This document shows, one piece after another, positions 37,141-47,949 of a stretch of DNA of 64,000 nt. The notes below the pieces were generated by a model, which saw only the letters and a program-made list of their open reading frames with translations, did no database searches and had not been told where the DNA came from. The DNA comes from Dehalococcoidia bacterium. Its GTDB lineage: Bacteria; Chloroflexota; Dehalococcoidia; Plut-88900. The stretch lies in assembly GCA_965207225.1 (NCBI GenBank), contig CBDBLV010000003.1, positions 295,419 to 359,418 on the forward strand. The letters are read 5' to 3'. How positions within the stretch are numbered: the stretch's first letter is position 1; the number at the start of each line of letters is the position of its first letter. A program made the translations under genes and the position numbers.

Positions 37141-38070
37141 GTGGTCCTTTTGCCCCAGCCCAAAGCCTTCCGGGATTTTCTCGACGCGTACCCTTCACTC
37201 CAGGCTATCGGTAACACGCCGATGGTCAAGTTGGACCTTCTCCTGGACACTGGCGGGGCCGAGATTTTCGCCAAGTACGAGCAGCTAAATCCCGGGGGGT
37301 CCATCAAAGACCGACCAGTCCTGCGCATGCTGGTGGAGGCAATGATTGCCGGGGAGCTTACTCGAGACAAGACCATCCTAGACTCCACGTCGGGGAATGC
37401 GGGTATAGCCTACGCGATGATAGGCGCAACGCTCGGGTGCCGAGTACAGTTGGTGATGCCGGCCAACGCCAGTGAAGAGCGAAAGAAGCGCATCCGGGCC
37501 CACGGCGCCGACATAGTGCTAACCGACTCCCTTCTAGGCTACGACGAAAGCCTGCGAGAGGTCCGACGCCGATATGACGAGGACCCGGACGCCTACTTCT
37601 TCTGCGACCAGTACAAGAACGACAACAACTGGCGCGCCCACTACGAAGGCACCGCAGAAGAGGTTCTCTCCCAAGCCCCCGACATCACCCACTTCGTAGC
37701 GGGGGTGGGCACAGGAGGGACGATTACGGGGGTCGGCAGGCGGCTAAAGAAGGAGAAACCCGACGTTAAGGTGATCTGCATAGTCCCGGGGGACTGGCGG
37801 GGTGTGGAGGGGTTAAAGCCCCTGGGAGAGGGTGCCATAGTGCCGGAGATTCTGGACGAGAGCATTATTGACGAGCGAATCGATATAGACGTCGATGCGG
37901 CCCACGAAATGTCGAGGCTGCTGGCGTCTCGCGGGATATTCGTGGGCCAGTCTTCGGGGGCGTATCTGCAGGGGGCCTGCCAGGTTGCCCAGAGGGAAAA
38001 TCACAGCCGAATCGTCACGGTCTTCAATGATATCGGCGAGAGGTATTTCTCCACTGGGATGTGGGATTAG
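37141..38070 (+). CDS. PLP-dependent cysteine synthase family protein
   Basis: IGNTP, NPGGSIKDR, STSGNAG, GVGTGGT and GQSSGA. Confidence 0.92.
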   Translation: MVLLPQPKAFRDFLDAYPSLQAIGNTPMVKLDLLLDTGGAEIFAKYEQLNPGGSIKDRPVLRMLVEAMIAGELTRDKTILDSTSGNAGIAYAMIGATLGCRVQLVMPANASEERKKRIRAHGADIVLTDSLLGYDESLREVRRRYDEDPDAYFFCDQYKNDNNWRAHYEGTAEEVLSQAPDITHFVAGVGTGGTITGVGRRLKKEKPDVKVICIVPGDWRGVEGLKPLGEGAIVPEILDESIIDERIDIDVDAAHEMSRLLASRGIFVGQSSGAYLQGACQVAQRENHSRIVTVFNDIGERYFSTGMWD

Positions 38071-38121
38071 GCCTCTCGCTGCTGTCTTGACATCCACGTT
38101 GCGTTCCCCAATAGTGGCGCC

Positions 38122-38925
38122 ATGCCACAGGCAACGGCTGCTTATACCGAAGACCTCATCTCGGTAGCTGGTATTGACCTGCAAGTGCTCAAGGCCGGTG
38201 CAGGGCCAGGACTCATCATCTTCCACGACGAGATGGGTCAGCATGCTTGGCTTCGCTATCAGGAGGCCTTGTCGGAGCACTTCGAGGTCTGGGCGCCATC
38301 CCATCCCGGCTATGGCAAGTCGCCGCGCTTGGACTGGATAATGACGATGAGGGACATGGCCGGCTGGTATCTCCAGGCCTTTGATGAGCTGGGTATACGG
38401 GATGCGAACGTGGTCGGGTTTTCCCTCGGGGGGTGGTTGGCGGCTACCATTGCCGCCCTGTGTCCTCACCATTTCAGGAAGATGGTGTTGGTGGGGGCTG
38501 CGGGGATCAAGCCGCCGGAGGGAGAGATCTTCGACATGTTCATGGAGACGGCATCCGAGTACATAAAACTCACTGTCGCCGACCCCTTGGCCGTCGAAGA
38601 ATTCTCCTCTGTCTGTCCTCCTACTCCTTCCCCCGAGCTTGCGGAGGCATGGGAAGTCGCCCGGGAGCAGTCGGTGAGGCTGAGCTGGCGTCCCTACATG
38701 CACGATCCAGGGCTTCCGCATCTTCTGCGTCGGGCGTCAGGCATTCCCACGTTGATAATCTGGGGACAGAAGGACCAGATAGTGCCGCTCAGCGCGGGCG
38801 AGGCATACAGGAAAGCCATATCCGGCTCTGAGCTTGCCGTCATACAGGGCTCGGGGCACAGGCCGGAGATCGAGGCCACGGAGGAGTTCGTGGACATCGT
38901 CCTTGGTTTCCTGAAGGACGACTAG
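38122..38925 (+). CDS. Alpha/beta fold hydrolase
   Basis: PGYGKS, GFSLGG nucleophile elbow, IIWG.KD and GH.P. Confidence 0.88.
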   Translation: MPQATAAYTEDLISVAGIDLQVLKAGAGPGLIIFHDEMGQHAWLRYQEALSEHFEVWAPSHPGYGKSPRLDWIMTMRDMAGWYLQAFDELGIRDANVVGFSLGGWLAATIAALCPHHFRKMVLVGAAGIKPPEGEIFDMFMETASEYIKLTVADPLAVEEFSSVCPPTPSPELAEAWEVAREQSVRLSWRPYMHDPGLPHLLRRASGIPTLIIWGQKDQIVPLSAGEAYRKAISGSELAVIQGSGHRPEIEATEEFVDIVLGFLKDD

Positions 38926-38983
38926 AACCAAACCCATTGTACAGGCCCTCGCGACAGACCACCTCAGCAGGCAGGAGGATGCG

Positions 38984-40237
38984 ATGTTCATAGGCCACTT
39001 CACGGAAAGGCCGTACCAGGACCCGAAGTCGGGGTATTTTGGGGCGACGGGGCTGCCCATCAAGGACCTGACCCTGAGCAACGAGATCTATGACCCGGAG
39101 GTCGGGGCTGACCTGTATAACCGCTACCTTGACGAGAAAATATACGCGGACGAATGCGGTTTCGACGGCCTGATGCTGAACGAACACCACTCCACGCCCT
39201 TCTGTATGGGAGGGGCCACCAACGTGGAGGCCGCCATCCTGGCCCGAATAACCAAGAAAGCCAAGATCGTCCTCCTGGGCAACATCCTGCCTCTCTGGGA
39301 CGACCCCCTCTGGCTGGTCGAGCAGTTGGCGATGATTGACCTTATCTCCCACGGACGCCTGATACCCGGCTGGGTCCGGGGCACGGGTCGGGAGATGGTC
39401 TCTCACAACATTCCACCTGCCTACAACTGGGAACGCTTCCAGGAGGCCCACGAGTTCATAGTCAAGGCGTGGACAACCTCGGGGCCGTTCCGCTGGGAGG
39501 GGAAGCACTACCACTACCGCTACGTCAATCCGTGGGTGAAACCGTACCAGAAACCACACCCGCCCATCTGGCTTCCGGGGGTCGTGAGCCGGGACTCGCT
39601 GATGTGGGCAGCAGAGAAGCGCATCCCCTACATCATGCTAGCCACGAAGTTGGAGCCGACCCGGCAGGCCTTCCAGCTATACCACGAACGGGCGGCGGAG
39701 GTGGGCTACAAGTCGGGGCCGCAGAACATAGGCTACCTGTGGAAGGTCCACGTGGACGAGACGGAGGAGCTTGCCGAAGAAGCCGCCCGCAAGTATGTCC
39801 AGGGCCCGAGCAATCCCTTCCTGGCCGGTAACGAGGGCACCACAAACCTGGCCTTGGCCTCCCTGCCCGGTATGACTTCCCGGAGGCGGGTGCTGCCCAC
39901 CCGACATGCGGCCACCAAATACCGTGGCGGAGTCGAGAGCATCCCATACGAAGAGCAGATTGAGAACTACAGCATCACCGCAGGCACGCCTAAGACGGTA
40001 CTGCCGAAGATTCGCTACGTCCTGGAAACTTTACGTCCCGGCATCATCTTCTTCTGGGACGGTGACGGAGCGATGACCCACGAGGAGCAGATGCGCAGCC
40101 TGCGGCTGATGAAGGAAGAGGTCATACCCGCCGTGCGGGAGATGGCGACGGAGCTAGATCTGCCCGGCCCAGACGAAGTCGACCCTGCGACGGGGGAGAG
40201 GATCAAGGCCAACGGGGCACTGGTCGCTGCGTCTTAG
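38984..40237 (+). CDS. LLM class flavin-dependent oxidoreductase
   Basis: GFDG...NEHH, EQLAMID.IS.GR and P.QKPHPPIW. Confidence 0.9.
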   Translation: MFIGHFTERPYQDPKSGYFGATGLPIKDLTLSNEIYDPEVGADLYNRYLDEKIYADECGFDGLMLNEHHSTPFCMGGATNVEAAILARITKKAKIVLLGNILPLWDDPLWLVEQLAMIDLISHGRLIPGWVRGTGREMVSHNIPPAYNWERFQEAHEFIVKAWTTSGPFRWEGKHYHYRYVNPWVKPYQKPHPPIWLPGVVSRDSLMWAAEKRIPYIMLATKLEPTRQAFQLYHERAAEVGYKSGPQNIGYLWKVHVDETEELAEEAARKYVQGPSNPFLAGNEGTTNLALASLPGMTSRRRVLPTRHAATKYRGGVESIPYEEQIENYSITAGTPKTVLPKIRYVLETLRPGIIFFWDGDGAMTHEEQMRSLRLMKEEVIPAVREMATELDLPGPDEVDPATGERIKANGALVAAS

Positions 40238-40257
40238 GCCTACGACAGACCCCTCTG

Positions 40258-40286
40258 CAGATTCCTCGCGACGCCTCCGGATGACA
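40258..40286. repeat. REP-like motif AGATTCCTCGCG..GC.TC.G.ATGACA
   Basis: Related copies at 51043-51071, 51389-51413 and 6510-6531. Confidence 0.6.
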
Positions 40287-40351
40287 AAATGGGGATGCGG
40301 GATGTCCTAGAGAGGACGCTGGAAGGTGAGATGGGTCGTGTCTCCCTAGCC

Positions 40352-41212
40352 TTAGATTATTGCAAGGGGGTTCCAGGGGGAGCCCGAGGCGCCTGTCATC
40401 CGGAGCGGTGCGCCGATGAATAGGAATTCATAGACGCGGTCTCGGGCGAGTTCTTCAAGATCCAGGCTCTCCATTAGGTAGATTCCCAGGTCCCGCAACG
40501 CGTACCGGTGCAGGGGCGCCGAGTTGTAGACCGGCGGCTTGGCCTCGACGGTCGGGTGGTCGGCGCCGAGGGCACAGATGTCCTTTTCGATGAGCCAAGG
40601 CTTCAGGCTGCCGTCGGGGCCCGGGAACCGGGACTTCCAGAGATCCCTGTCCTTTTCGAAGAGGGTGTACCAGCCGGTGCGCACTAGGACGATGTCCCCG
40701 GTCTCGATGTTGACGCCCTGGGCGTCGGCGGCCCGGTCCAAGTCTTCGCCGGTTACGGTGTAATCGGGCTCGATGTGCTCTATGCCCATGGAGGCGGGCA
40801 GGTCCAGCATGATCCCCCGGCCCACCATGTGCCGCACGTTTTCGATGCCGTTCTTGCCGACGCCCCGGCTGGAGATCTCGCTTTCGGGGTGGCCGTTATA
40901 CATGCGGGTCTCGGCCCAGACGTGGCCCAAGGCGTCGATGTGGGTGCCGGAATGGACTTCCATCGCAACCATGTCATCGACGAAGCTGATCTCCGGATCC
41001 TCCATGGTCACGAAGTGGTGGGTCTTCCAGGTTTTATGGAACTCCGGCAACTGCGGCCCGTCCCGCTCAAGGGGCACAGCAAGGCTGTATATCCTGGCCT
41101 TTTTGACTAGCTGGAAGGCCTTCAACATCCGGTCGGGGGTGAGGAGGTTGAGGGCGCCGAGCTGATCGTCGGGGCCCCATCTTCCCCAGCTGTTATCTCG
41201 GGTAGCAGTCAT
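40352..41212 (-). CDS. Cyclase family protein (kynurenine formamidase-like metal hydrolase)
   Basis: WGRWG.DDQLGALN, HSGTHIDALGH, GDIVLVRTG and GASGSP.NP.A. Confidence 0.9.
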   Translation of the reverse strand: MTATRDNSWGRWGPDDQLGALNLLTPDRMLKAFQLVKKARIYSLAVPLERDGPQLPEFHKTWKTHHFVTMEDPEISFVDDMVAMEVHSGTHIDALGHVWAETRMYNGHPESEISSRGVGKNGIENVRHMVGRGIMLDLPASMGIEHIEPDYTVTGEDLDRAADAQGVNIETGDIVLVRTGWYTLFEKDRDLWKSRFPGPDGSLKPWLIEKDICALGADHPTVEAKPPVYNSAPLHRYALRDLGIYLMESLDLEELARDRVYEFLFIGAPLRMTGASGSPWNPLAII

Positions 41213-41218
41213 CGCATC

Positions 41219-41830
41219 CTACTTCTGCCGGGATCGCAGCTCTTCGAATACTTGGTCGGGCGTCGCGTCTACGGAGGCCAGAAGAACCAGGCTGTGGAAC
41301 CAGAGGTCGGCTACTTCGCTGACCGTGCGGTCCCGGCCTTCGGACAATGCGGCTATAGCCACTTCACCAGCTTCCTCCACGACCTTCTTGCCGATTTTGC
41401 CTGGACCTTTCTTTAAAAGCTTCTTTACGTAGCTTCCCTTTGGCATATCCCGCTTTCTCTGCTCGATCAACTGAAAAAGCTCAGCGATTACGTCGCCGTC
41501 GGGCCTCTTAAACTCGGCAGGTTCCTTCGGTAATTCACTAAAAAAGCAGCTGGTCTCACCTGTGTGGCAAGCCGGGCCCGTGGGGTCGGCCTGGACAAGA
41601 AGGGCGTCGCCGTCGCAGTCCACGCTGATGCTGCGAACGTTCAGGTAGTTGCCGGAGGTCTCTCCCTTGTGCCAGAGTTCCTGTCGGCTGCGGCTGTAAA
41701 ACCACACCTGCCCCGAGGCCCGTGTCCTTTCGAGCGACTCCTCGTTCATGTAGGCGAGGGTCAGCACGCCTCCAGTTACGGCGTCCTGGACTATAGCGGG
41801 CACGAGTCCCTTGTCGTCGAGCTTGATCAT
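41219..41830 (-). CDS. hisIE: Bifunctional phosphoribosyl-AMP cyclohydrolase / phosphoribosyl-ATP pyrophosphatase
   Basis: [36 protein letters not shown] and EVADLWFH. Confidence 0.96.
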   Translation of the reverse strand: MIKLDDKGLVPAIVQDAVTGGVLTLAYMNEESLERTRASGQVWFYSRSRQELWHKGETSGNYLNVRSISVDCDGDALLVQADPTGPACHTGETSCFFSELPKEPAEFKRPDGDVIAELFQLIEQRKRDMPKGSYVKKLLKKGPGKIGKKVVEEAGEVAIAALSEGRDRTVSEVADLWFHSLVLLASVDATPDQVFEELRSRQK

Positions 41831-41844
41831 CCCATGATTCCTTC

Positions 41845-42651
41845 CTACACAGCAGGTCTGCTGGGCACTCCTCGCGCCATCAAGAACTCCTTTGCCTGGG
41901 CTATGGTGTACGTCCCGTAGTGGAAGATGCTAGCCGCCAAGGCCGCATCCGCCTTGCCCTCCGTCAGGGCATCATACAGGTGGTCCAGGGTCCCGGCTCC
42001 GCCGCTGGCTATCAGCGGCACGGGGACCGATTCCGAGATTTGTCGATTCAATTCCAGGTCGTAGCCCGTCTGCTGGCCGTCGGCGTCCATGCTGGTTACC
42101 AAGAGCTCACCGGCTCCAAGGTCGGCAACACGAGCAGCCCACTTCAGGGCGTCTATGCCCGTGGGGTTGCGGCCGCCGTGGGTGTAGACCTCCCACCGGG
42201 AGTCGGGGCCCAGGTCCAGGCCGTCTTCCCGCTCTGAGCGGGCTCCGTCCACCCGCTTTGCGTCTATTGCGGCCACTATGCACTGGCTCCCGAAAGCCCG
42301 AGCGCCTTCTTCTATTATGGTCGGGTCCAGGATTGCCGCCGTGTTAACCGCAGTTTTGTCAGCGCCTGCATCCAGGATGCGGCGCATGTCTCCAGTAGAC
42401 CTAATACCCCCGCCGACAGTCAGGGGAATGAACACCTGCTCCGACACGCGATTTACCACGTCGATCATGGTACTGCGGTAGTCGGAGCTAGCGGTGATAT
42501 CGAGGAAGACAAGCTCATCGGCGCCTTCTGCGTCGTAGAAGGCCGCCATTTCGGCCGGGTCTCCGGCATCCCTGAGGTTCACGAAACTCACGCCCTTGAC
42601 TACCCTACCCCGGTCTACGTCCAGGCACGGGATTATGCGCTTCGTAAGCAT
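41845..42651 (-). CDS. hisF: Imidazole glycerol phosphate synthase cyclase subunit
   Basis: [31 protein letters not shown] and ASGGAG; start at 42651. Confidence 0.97.
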   Translation of the reverse strand: MLTKRIIPCLDVDRGRVVKGVSFVNLRDAGDPAEMAAFYDAEGADELVFLDITASSDYRSTMIDVVNRVSEQVFIPLTVGGGIRSTGDMRRILDAGADKTAVNTAAILDPTIIEEGARAFGSQCIVAAIDAKRVDGARSEREDGLDLGPDSRWEVYTHGGRNPTGIDALKWAARVADLGAGELLVTSMDADGQQTGYDLELNRQISESVPVPLIASGGAGTLDHLYDALTEGKADAALAASIFHYGTYTIAQAKEFLMARGVPSRPAV

Positions 42652-42661
42652 TGTCGGCGGA

Positions 42662-43684
42662 TTATGCGACACCGATGGGCAGGCAGCAAATGACCTTGTC
42701 GGTAAACTCGCCGGTGGAGGCCGAGCCGCCGAGGTCGGAGGGCAGGCTTCGCCCATCCACGTATGCGGCCATAAGGGCACCTTCTATCCGCTCTGCGATC
42801 TCGTCTTCGCCCAGGTGTCTCATCATCATGGCGCTCGTAAGGATCAGGGCCGTGGGGTTGGCTAGGCCCTTGCCTGCGGCCTCGGGCCAGCTGCCGTGGG
42901 TCGCCTCGAATACTGCGCAGTTGTCTCCCAGGTTGGCGCCCGGCACCATACCCAGTCCGCCGACCAGCCCCGCGGTCAGGTCGGAAACGATGTCACCGTA
43001 GAGGTTCTCCATTACCAGCACGTCAAACCGTGCGGGATTGAGGACAAGGTGCTGGCAGGCGGCGTCGACGATCATTTCCCTGTACTCGATGTGGGGGTAC
43101 TGGACAGCAACTTCCCGGCAGCATTGCAGGAACAGGCCGTCGGACAGCTTCATGATGTTGGCCTTGTGCACCGCCGTCACCAGTTCCCGGCCATTGGCCA
43201 CCGCGTATTCGAAGGCGAACTGGGCTATCCGGGTTGAGGCCGCCCTCGTGACCACCTTTACGCTCTGAACAATGCCGGGAACTACTTCATGCTCCACTCC
43301 GGCGTAGAGGTCTTCGGTATTCTCACGGACTACAACCAGGTCAACATCGCGGTGAAGGCTCTGCACGCCGGGCAGGCTTTTGACGGGCCTGAGGCAGGCG
43401 AACAGGTCGAGGCTCTTCCGAAGGGTCACATTAAGGCTTGGATAACCCTCTGCGCTGGGGGTGGTAACGGGGCCTTTGAGGGCCACGCCGTTATTTTGAA
43501 TCGATGCCAGGACGGGCCCGGGAAGCAATACGCCATGTTTTTCCCTGGCCGCTATCCCTATCTCCTGCCTGTCCCAGTCGATCCGGGCCCCGGCGGCCTC
43601 CAGAACTCTCACCGTAGACTCCGCCACCTCAGGCCCGATGCCGTCGCCCTCTATCAGGGTGACACTATATGTGCTGCTACTCAT
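42662..43684 (-). CDS. Isocitrate/isopropylmalate dehydrogenase family protein
   Basis: [39 protein letters not shown] and ANPTA. Substrate not assignable by eye. Confidence 0.9.
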   Translation of the reverse strand: MSSSTYSVTLIEGDGIGPEVAESTVRVLEAAGARIDWDRQEIGIAAREKHGVLLPGPVLASIQNNGVALKGPVTTPSAEGYPSLNVTLRKSLDLFACLRPVKSLPGVQSLHRDVDLVVVRENTEDLYAGVEHEVVPGIVQSVKVVTRAASTRIAQFAFEYAVANGRELVTAVHKANIMKLSDGLFLQCCREVAVQYPHIEYREMIVDAACQHLVLNPARFDVLVMENLYGDIVSDLTAGLVGGLGMVPGANLGDNCAVFEATHGSWPEAAGKGLANPTALILTSAMMMRHLGEDEIAERIEGALMAAYVDGRSLPSDLGGSASTGEFTDKVICCLPIGVA

Positions 43685-43799
43685 TGATTATATTATCGGC
43701 GCAAGGGCGGGGGGATTCAATATCCAGGCACGGCAGCAAACGTTTTGGAGGTCAAACTCGCCTTTGGCCATATGCGTCTTTGAAGGTTAGAATCTATCC

Positions 43800-44639
43800 A
43801 TGATCATCGACTTCCACGCCCACATCTTCCCCGACAGCGTGCGCAATAACCGCACCCCCTACCTCGAAAGAGATGCTACTTTCGAGCACTTGTACTCGGA
43901 CCCCAGGGCCCGACTCAGCTCCGCCGAGCTACTGGTGGAAAGAATGGACCGGGACGGAGTGGACATGGCGGTGACGCTAGGAATGGGATGGCAGGTGCAC
44001 GAGTTCGCAGTGGAGGCCAACGATTACATCCTGGAGTCGGCCAAGGCTTTTCCCGACCGCCTAATCCCCTTCTGCACGGTCAATCCGGTTCTCGGAGACG
44101 TGGCAGTCAGGGAACTCGAGAGATGCGCGGACCTCGGGGCACGAGGCATCGGTGAACTGCATTCCTACGCCCAGGGCTACCGACTGGACGACGAGCGGGT
44201 TATGCGACCATTCATGGAGGCCGCCATCGCCCGGGACCTCATCGTGCTGACCCATTCCTCGGAACCGGTTGGGCACATGTACGCCGGCAAGGGCACCGTT
44301 ACGCCGGACGAGCTTTGCCGCTTCATTGAGACGTACCCTGATGCCAAGATTGTCTGCGCCCACTGGGGTGGGGGGCTGCCATTCTATGCGCTGATGCCGG
44401 AGGTGTCTGAGACGCTGCGCAACGTCTACTTCGACTCCGCAACTTCTCCATTCCTGTACGTCCCTGATGTCTTTGCCAACGCAATCAACCTGGTTGGGGC
44501 GGAGAAGGTGTTGTTTGGTACGGACTACCCTCTGATCAGCCAAAAGAGACTGCTGGCCCAGGTGGAAGGCCAGGGGCTGGACTCTGAGGTGAAGACGGCG
44601 GTGCTTGGGGGGAATGCCCGAAGACTGTTGGGACTCTAG
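43800..44639 (+). CDS. Amidohydrolase family protein (TIM-barrel metal-dependent hydrolase)
   Basis: IIDFHAH, GIGEL, AHWGGG and LFGTDYP. Confidence 0.9.
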   Translation: MIIDFHAHIFPDSVRNNRTPYLERDATFEHLYSDPRARLSSAELLVERMDRDGVDMAVTLGMGWQVHEFAVEANDYILESAKAFPDRLIPFCTVNPVLGDVAVRELERCADLGARGIGELHSYAQGYRLDDERVMRPFMEAAIARDLIVLTHSSEPVGHMYAGKGTVTPDELCRFIETYPDAKIVCAHWGGGLPFYALMPEVSETLRNVYFDSATSPFLYVPDVFANAINLVGAEKVLFGTDYPLISQKRLLAQVEGQGLDSEVKTAVLGGNARRLLGL

Positions 44640-44649
44640 TCTCGCCATC

Positions 44650-45159
44650 TCATTCGAAATACTCATCCTCCCGGAACACGGTCCAACTGTTGAAGACGGG
44701 AAACGGAGATGGGAGAACGCCCTTGTTGTCGTTGATCTTGACGGAGATCTCGGCGGTATTTAGGCCCCTAATCGACACTGACACTCCGGATAGCTGTATG
44801 CAATCCTGACACTCGGTGGGGATTTGCTGCCGAGAGGTCGGGGCTACAAACTGAAGCTCGTATTCCGAGGCGCCCGACTTCAAGATACGATAGTCCTGCG
44901 AAGAGATCTCCCATTCCTTCTTGGCGTAGGCCCCCTCCGCGTATTGGGCCCAGAGGGTGAAGCCGTCGAAGAACTCGATGATGACAGCCTTTCTGTGCGC
45001 TGCGTCCCTGGAAGGCTCAAACTGGCGAAAGGACCGATCATGCAGCTCTTGCTTCAGCCGGGCATCTTCTTCCTCCGATAGCGGCTCTAGGGGAGGGTTG
45101 GAGCAAGCCAGGGTCAGCGGTAGAACTATGCCGATGAAAAGAAGCTTTAGAGTTCGCAT
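44650..45159 (-). CDS. Hypothetical lipoprotein
   Basis: MRTLKLLFIGIVLPLTLAC lipobox; fills the gap between neighbours. Confidence 0.65.
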   Translation of the reverse strand: MRTLKLLFIGIVLPLTLACSNPPLEPLSEEEDARLKQELHDRSFRQFEPSRDAAHRKAVIIEFFDGFTLWAQYAEGAYAKKEWEISSQDYRILKSGASEYELQFVAPTSRQQIPTECQDCIQLSGVSVSIRGLNTAEISVKINDNKGVLPSPFPVFNSWTVFREDEYFE

Positions 45160-45227
45160 TGCGGTATTTTCTCCAAATGGCATCCTACCACTGACATAAG
45201 AAACGGAGCACTGTTACTATTAGTTCC

Positions 45228-45770
45228 GTGGAGAACACCCCTATATCCACACTACCCGACCTCTTGCGGCCGGGCCTCGAACTGGTCTTCGTAGGTATCA
45301 ACCCCGGAAGCTATTCTGCAGCCAAGGGCCACTACTACGCCAGGCCCGGCAACCTGTTCTGGTGGGCGTTGGGGGAGTCGGGGATCGTTGAAGGCCTATT
45401 CATGCCCGCAATGGATGCCTCATTATTGGAGCGAGGAATCGGTTTTACTGACGTGGCGAAGCGACCATCCAACGCTGCGACCGATCTATCGACTGGTGAA
45501 TTTATCGCGGGGGCCTCCGTATTGATAAAGAAACTGGAACAATACCAGCCCCTGGTGGTGTGCTTCAACGGTATCTCCGCCTATGCACATTGCTTCGGGC
45601 CGAAGGCCAAACCAGGCCCACGACCCGAGCGCATTGGCCGCACCCGTATATTTGTTGTTCCTTCAACCAGCCGACGCAACGCCCACTACCAGAAGGAAGA
45701 CATCCTCTACTGGTTTCTGGGACTCAAGACTTTCCTGGATGGAGCGCGCAAAGATGCCGATGCCGGATAG
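45228..45770 (+). CDS. mug: Mismatch-specific (G:T/U) DNA glycosylase, MUG/TDG family
   Basis: VFVGINPG, GH.YA.PGN.FW, GFTD and VPSTS. Confidence 0.88.
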   Translation: MENTPISTLPDLLRPGLELVFVGINPGSYSAAKGHYYARPGNLFWWALGESGIVEGLFMPAMDASLLERGIGFTDVAKRPSNAATDLSTGEFIAGASVLIKKLEQYQPLVVCFNGISAYAHCFGPKAKPGPRPERIGRTRIFVVPSTSRRNAHYQKEDILYWFLGLKTFLDGARKDADAG

Positions 45771-46392
45771 GTCGAGGACCGGGGACAAGGGTGTTCCTGC
45801 GACCCGTGCCTTTATAGCCATTGAGTTGCCCGCTGAAGTGAAGCGCCAGATCGCAGGGCACATTGAGCAGCTGAAGGGCATTGTTCCCGAAGGGGTGAGG
45901 TGGGGCGATCCTCGCATCACTCATCTCACCCTTGTCTTCCTAGGCAACGTACCCGATGTCAGCATTCCCCTCTTTGTTCGCTTAACAGATAGCGTGACCT
46001 CGGCTTCACCACCCTTTAGCTTGAGGACGGGCTCCCTGGGAGCGTTTCCGAACAGGCGTCGGCCCCGGGTGCTCTGGTTGGGGCTGGAGGGAGACATCCA
46101 ACCCCTCTACGAAATACATGGCCGCTTGCAAGATGAGCTCGAAGCCAAGGGATTCTCAATAGAAAAGCGTCCCTTCAAGCCCCACGTAACCCTCGGAAGG
46201 GCACGGGCCAAGGGCCTCGTGCCGCTTGAGGAGGAAGATCTGAATCTACTGCCTTACGAGAGGCTGGAATTCGAAGTCCATGAGTTGGTCATCATGTCCA
46301 GCGTTCTAGCGCCTCGAGGCCCTATCCACACACCGCTTCATGTTTCTCCGCTATCGGGGACTGCCAATACCTGTGCACGGGGCCTGCCCTAA
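45760..46392 (+). CDS. thpR: RNA 2',3'-cyclic phosphodiesterase (2H family)
   Basis: RAFIAI, HLTLVFLG, GAFP....PRVLW and FKPHVTLGR. Start approximate. Confidence 0.9.
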   Translation: MPDRSRTGDKGVPATRAFIAIELPAEVKRQIAGHIEQLKGIVPEGVRWGDPRITHLTLVFLGNVPDVSIPLFVRLTDSVTSASPPFSLRTGSLGAFPNRRRPRVLWLGLEGDIQPLYEIHGRLQDELEAKGFSIEKRPFKPHVTLGRARAKGLVPLEEEDLNLLPYERLEFEVHELVIMSSVLAPRGPIHTPLHVSPLSGTANTCARGLP

Positions 46393-46492
46393 ACTCGAGG
46401 CCAGGTTGACGATGGTGCGCGGGAATGTAAGATAGGGGCGCGGGGTAGCGTGGTCGGGAATCGGTCGGGATAATCATTGGGAGGGAGTCGTC

Positions 46493-47860
46493 ATGCCAGT
46501 AAAGAAGGCGCCGTTTCTCACAAAACCCTATGGTGGATACCTGCACAGGGACGTTCACGAAGATGATAAGGAGCTCACGCGGGTCGGGCCGGGCACCCCG
46601 ATGGGCGAGTACCTGAGGCGATTCTGGCAACCCCTACTACTGAGCGAGCAGATAAACGATCTTCCCGTGGCTATAACCAGGTTTGGGGAAGAGCTGGTCG
46701 CGTTTAGGGACGGAGAGGGACGAATCGGAATAGTGGAGGCGCATTGCCCCCACAGGGGAACTTCACTGGAGTACGGGAAGGTCGAGCAGAGGGGCATCCG
46801 GTGCTGCTACCACGGCTGGCTCTTCGATGCCGACGGCACCATCCTTGAAACCCCCGGTGAGCCCGAGAACAGTACCCTCAAAGACAGGCTGTGCCACGGG
46901 GCCTATCCGGCGATCGAGTACTGCGGGCTGGTATTCGCCTACATGGGTCCCCCCGACGAAACCCCCGAGTTTCCCAACTTCGACATCTTCACAGCCCCTG
47001 GCCACCACCTGGAACCCGGGGTGCACCTGATGCCCACCGAGGACGGAATTGTCCCCAATCCGAAGCCCTGCAACTGGATGCACGTGGTCGACAACCTGCT
47101 GGACCCTATCCACGAGGAGTTCCTTCACGCGACCATCTCGGGCATCCAGTTCGTGGACAAGAGCGGAGTGCCCATTGAGGAGCTGGCTATCAACGGAGAG
47201 CTTGGATTTGTGGAAAGCCCCACGGGCGTGATAACCATGGATGTGCGTCGGGTGAGCCCCGACACCGTGTGGGTGCGCAACATCGAGTATGTTTGGCCCA
47301 ACGCGGGTGTCCTCGGAGCTCCCCCGACCCTGCCCTACGAGTGGGGACCCGACGAAGAGGAGTTCCACGACCTGCCCACCACCATAATGTGGGCCGTCCC
47401 CGTCGACGACTACAACTGTGTGGAGATCGACTTTTACATAGTGCCCGACGGAGGAAAAGTTCCTCCAGAGAGGCGATTTTCTCTGGCGCAGCGGGCAAAC
47501 AGAGGCGGCCGGGAGTACGATGACATGCAGCGAGGCCCGGGCGATTTCGAGGCGATGGTCAGCCAGAGGCCCATCTCCGTCCACGCACTTGAGCATCTGG
47601 GGGTCGAGGACCGGGGAATAACGATGTATCGCAAGGGGCTGAGGCATCGGGTGCGAATGCTGAAGAACGGGGAAGCACCGCCCGAGATTGGCATAATGGC
47701 GGGCAAGATGATAAACACCTACGGTGGCGACACCCTTCTGAAGGTACCGGAAGCCGAGACCAGGGCCGAGGACAAGAAGCTGCTCAAACAGGTCGGCATT
47801 GACATGGCCCAGCGCTACCTCCGGGAGCTTCCCAACCATCCGGGGAACGGGTCAGGCTAG
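46493..47860 (+). CDS. Rieske non-heme iron oxygenase alpha subunit (phthalate 4,5-dioxygenase-like)
   Basis: VGPGTPMG..LRRFW, CPHRG...CCYHGW and NW....DN.LDP.H...LH. Confidence 0.92.
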   Translation: MPVKKAPFLTKPYGGYLHRDVHEDDKELTRVGPGTPMGEYLRRFWQPLLLSEQINDLPVAITRFGEELVAFRDGEGRIGIVEAHCPHRGTSLEYGKVEQRGIRCCYHGWLFDADGTILETPGEPENSTLKDRLCHGAYPAIEYCGLVFAYMGPPDETPEFPNFDIFTAPGHHLEPGVHLMPTEDGIVPNPKPCNWMHVVDNLLDPIHEEFLHATISGIQFVDKSGVPIEELAINGELGFVESPTGVITMDVRRVSPDTVWVRNIEYVWPNAGVLGAPPTLPYEWGPDEEEFHDLPTTIMWAVPVDDYNCVEIDFYIVPDGGKVPPERRFSLAQRANRGGREYDDMQRGPGDFEAMVSQRPISVHALEHLGVEDRGITMYRKGLRHRVRMLKNGEAPPEIGIMAGKMINTYGGDTLLKVPEAETRAEDKKLLKQVGIDMAQRYLRELPNHPGNGSG

Positions 47861-47949
47861 TCCCACCGACCTTTGTCTTTCCCCCCAAAAGTGATTATCA
47901 TTACAGCCACTTTGCGCTCCGCGCTGTGACCGACAAGGAGGACCAGTCA

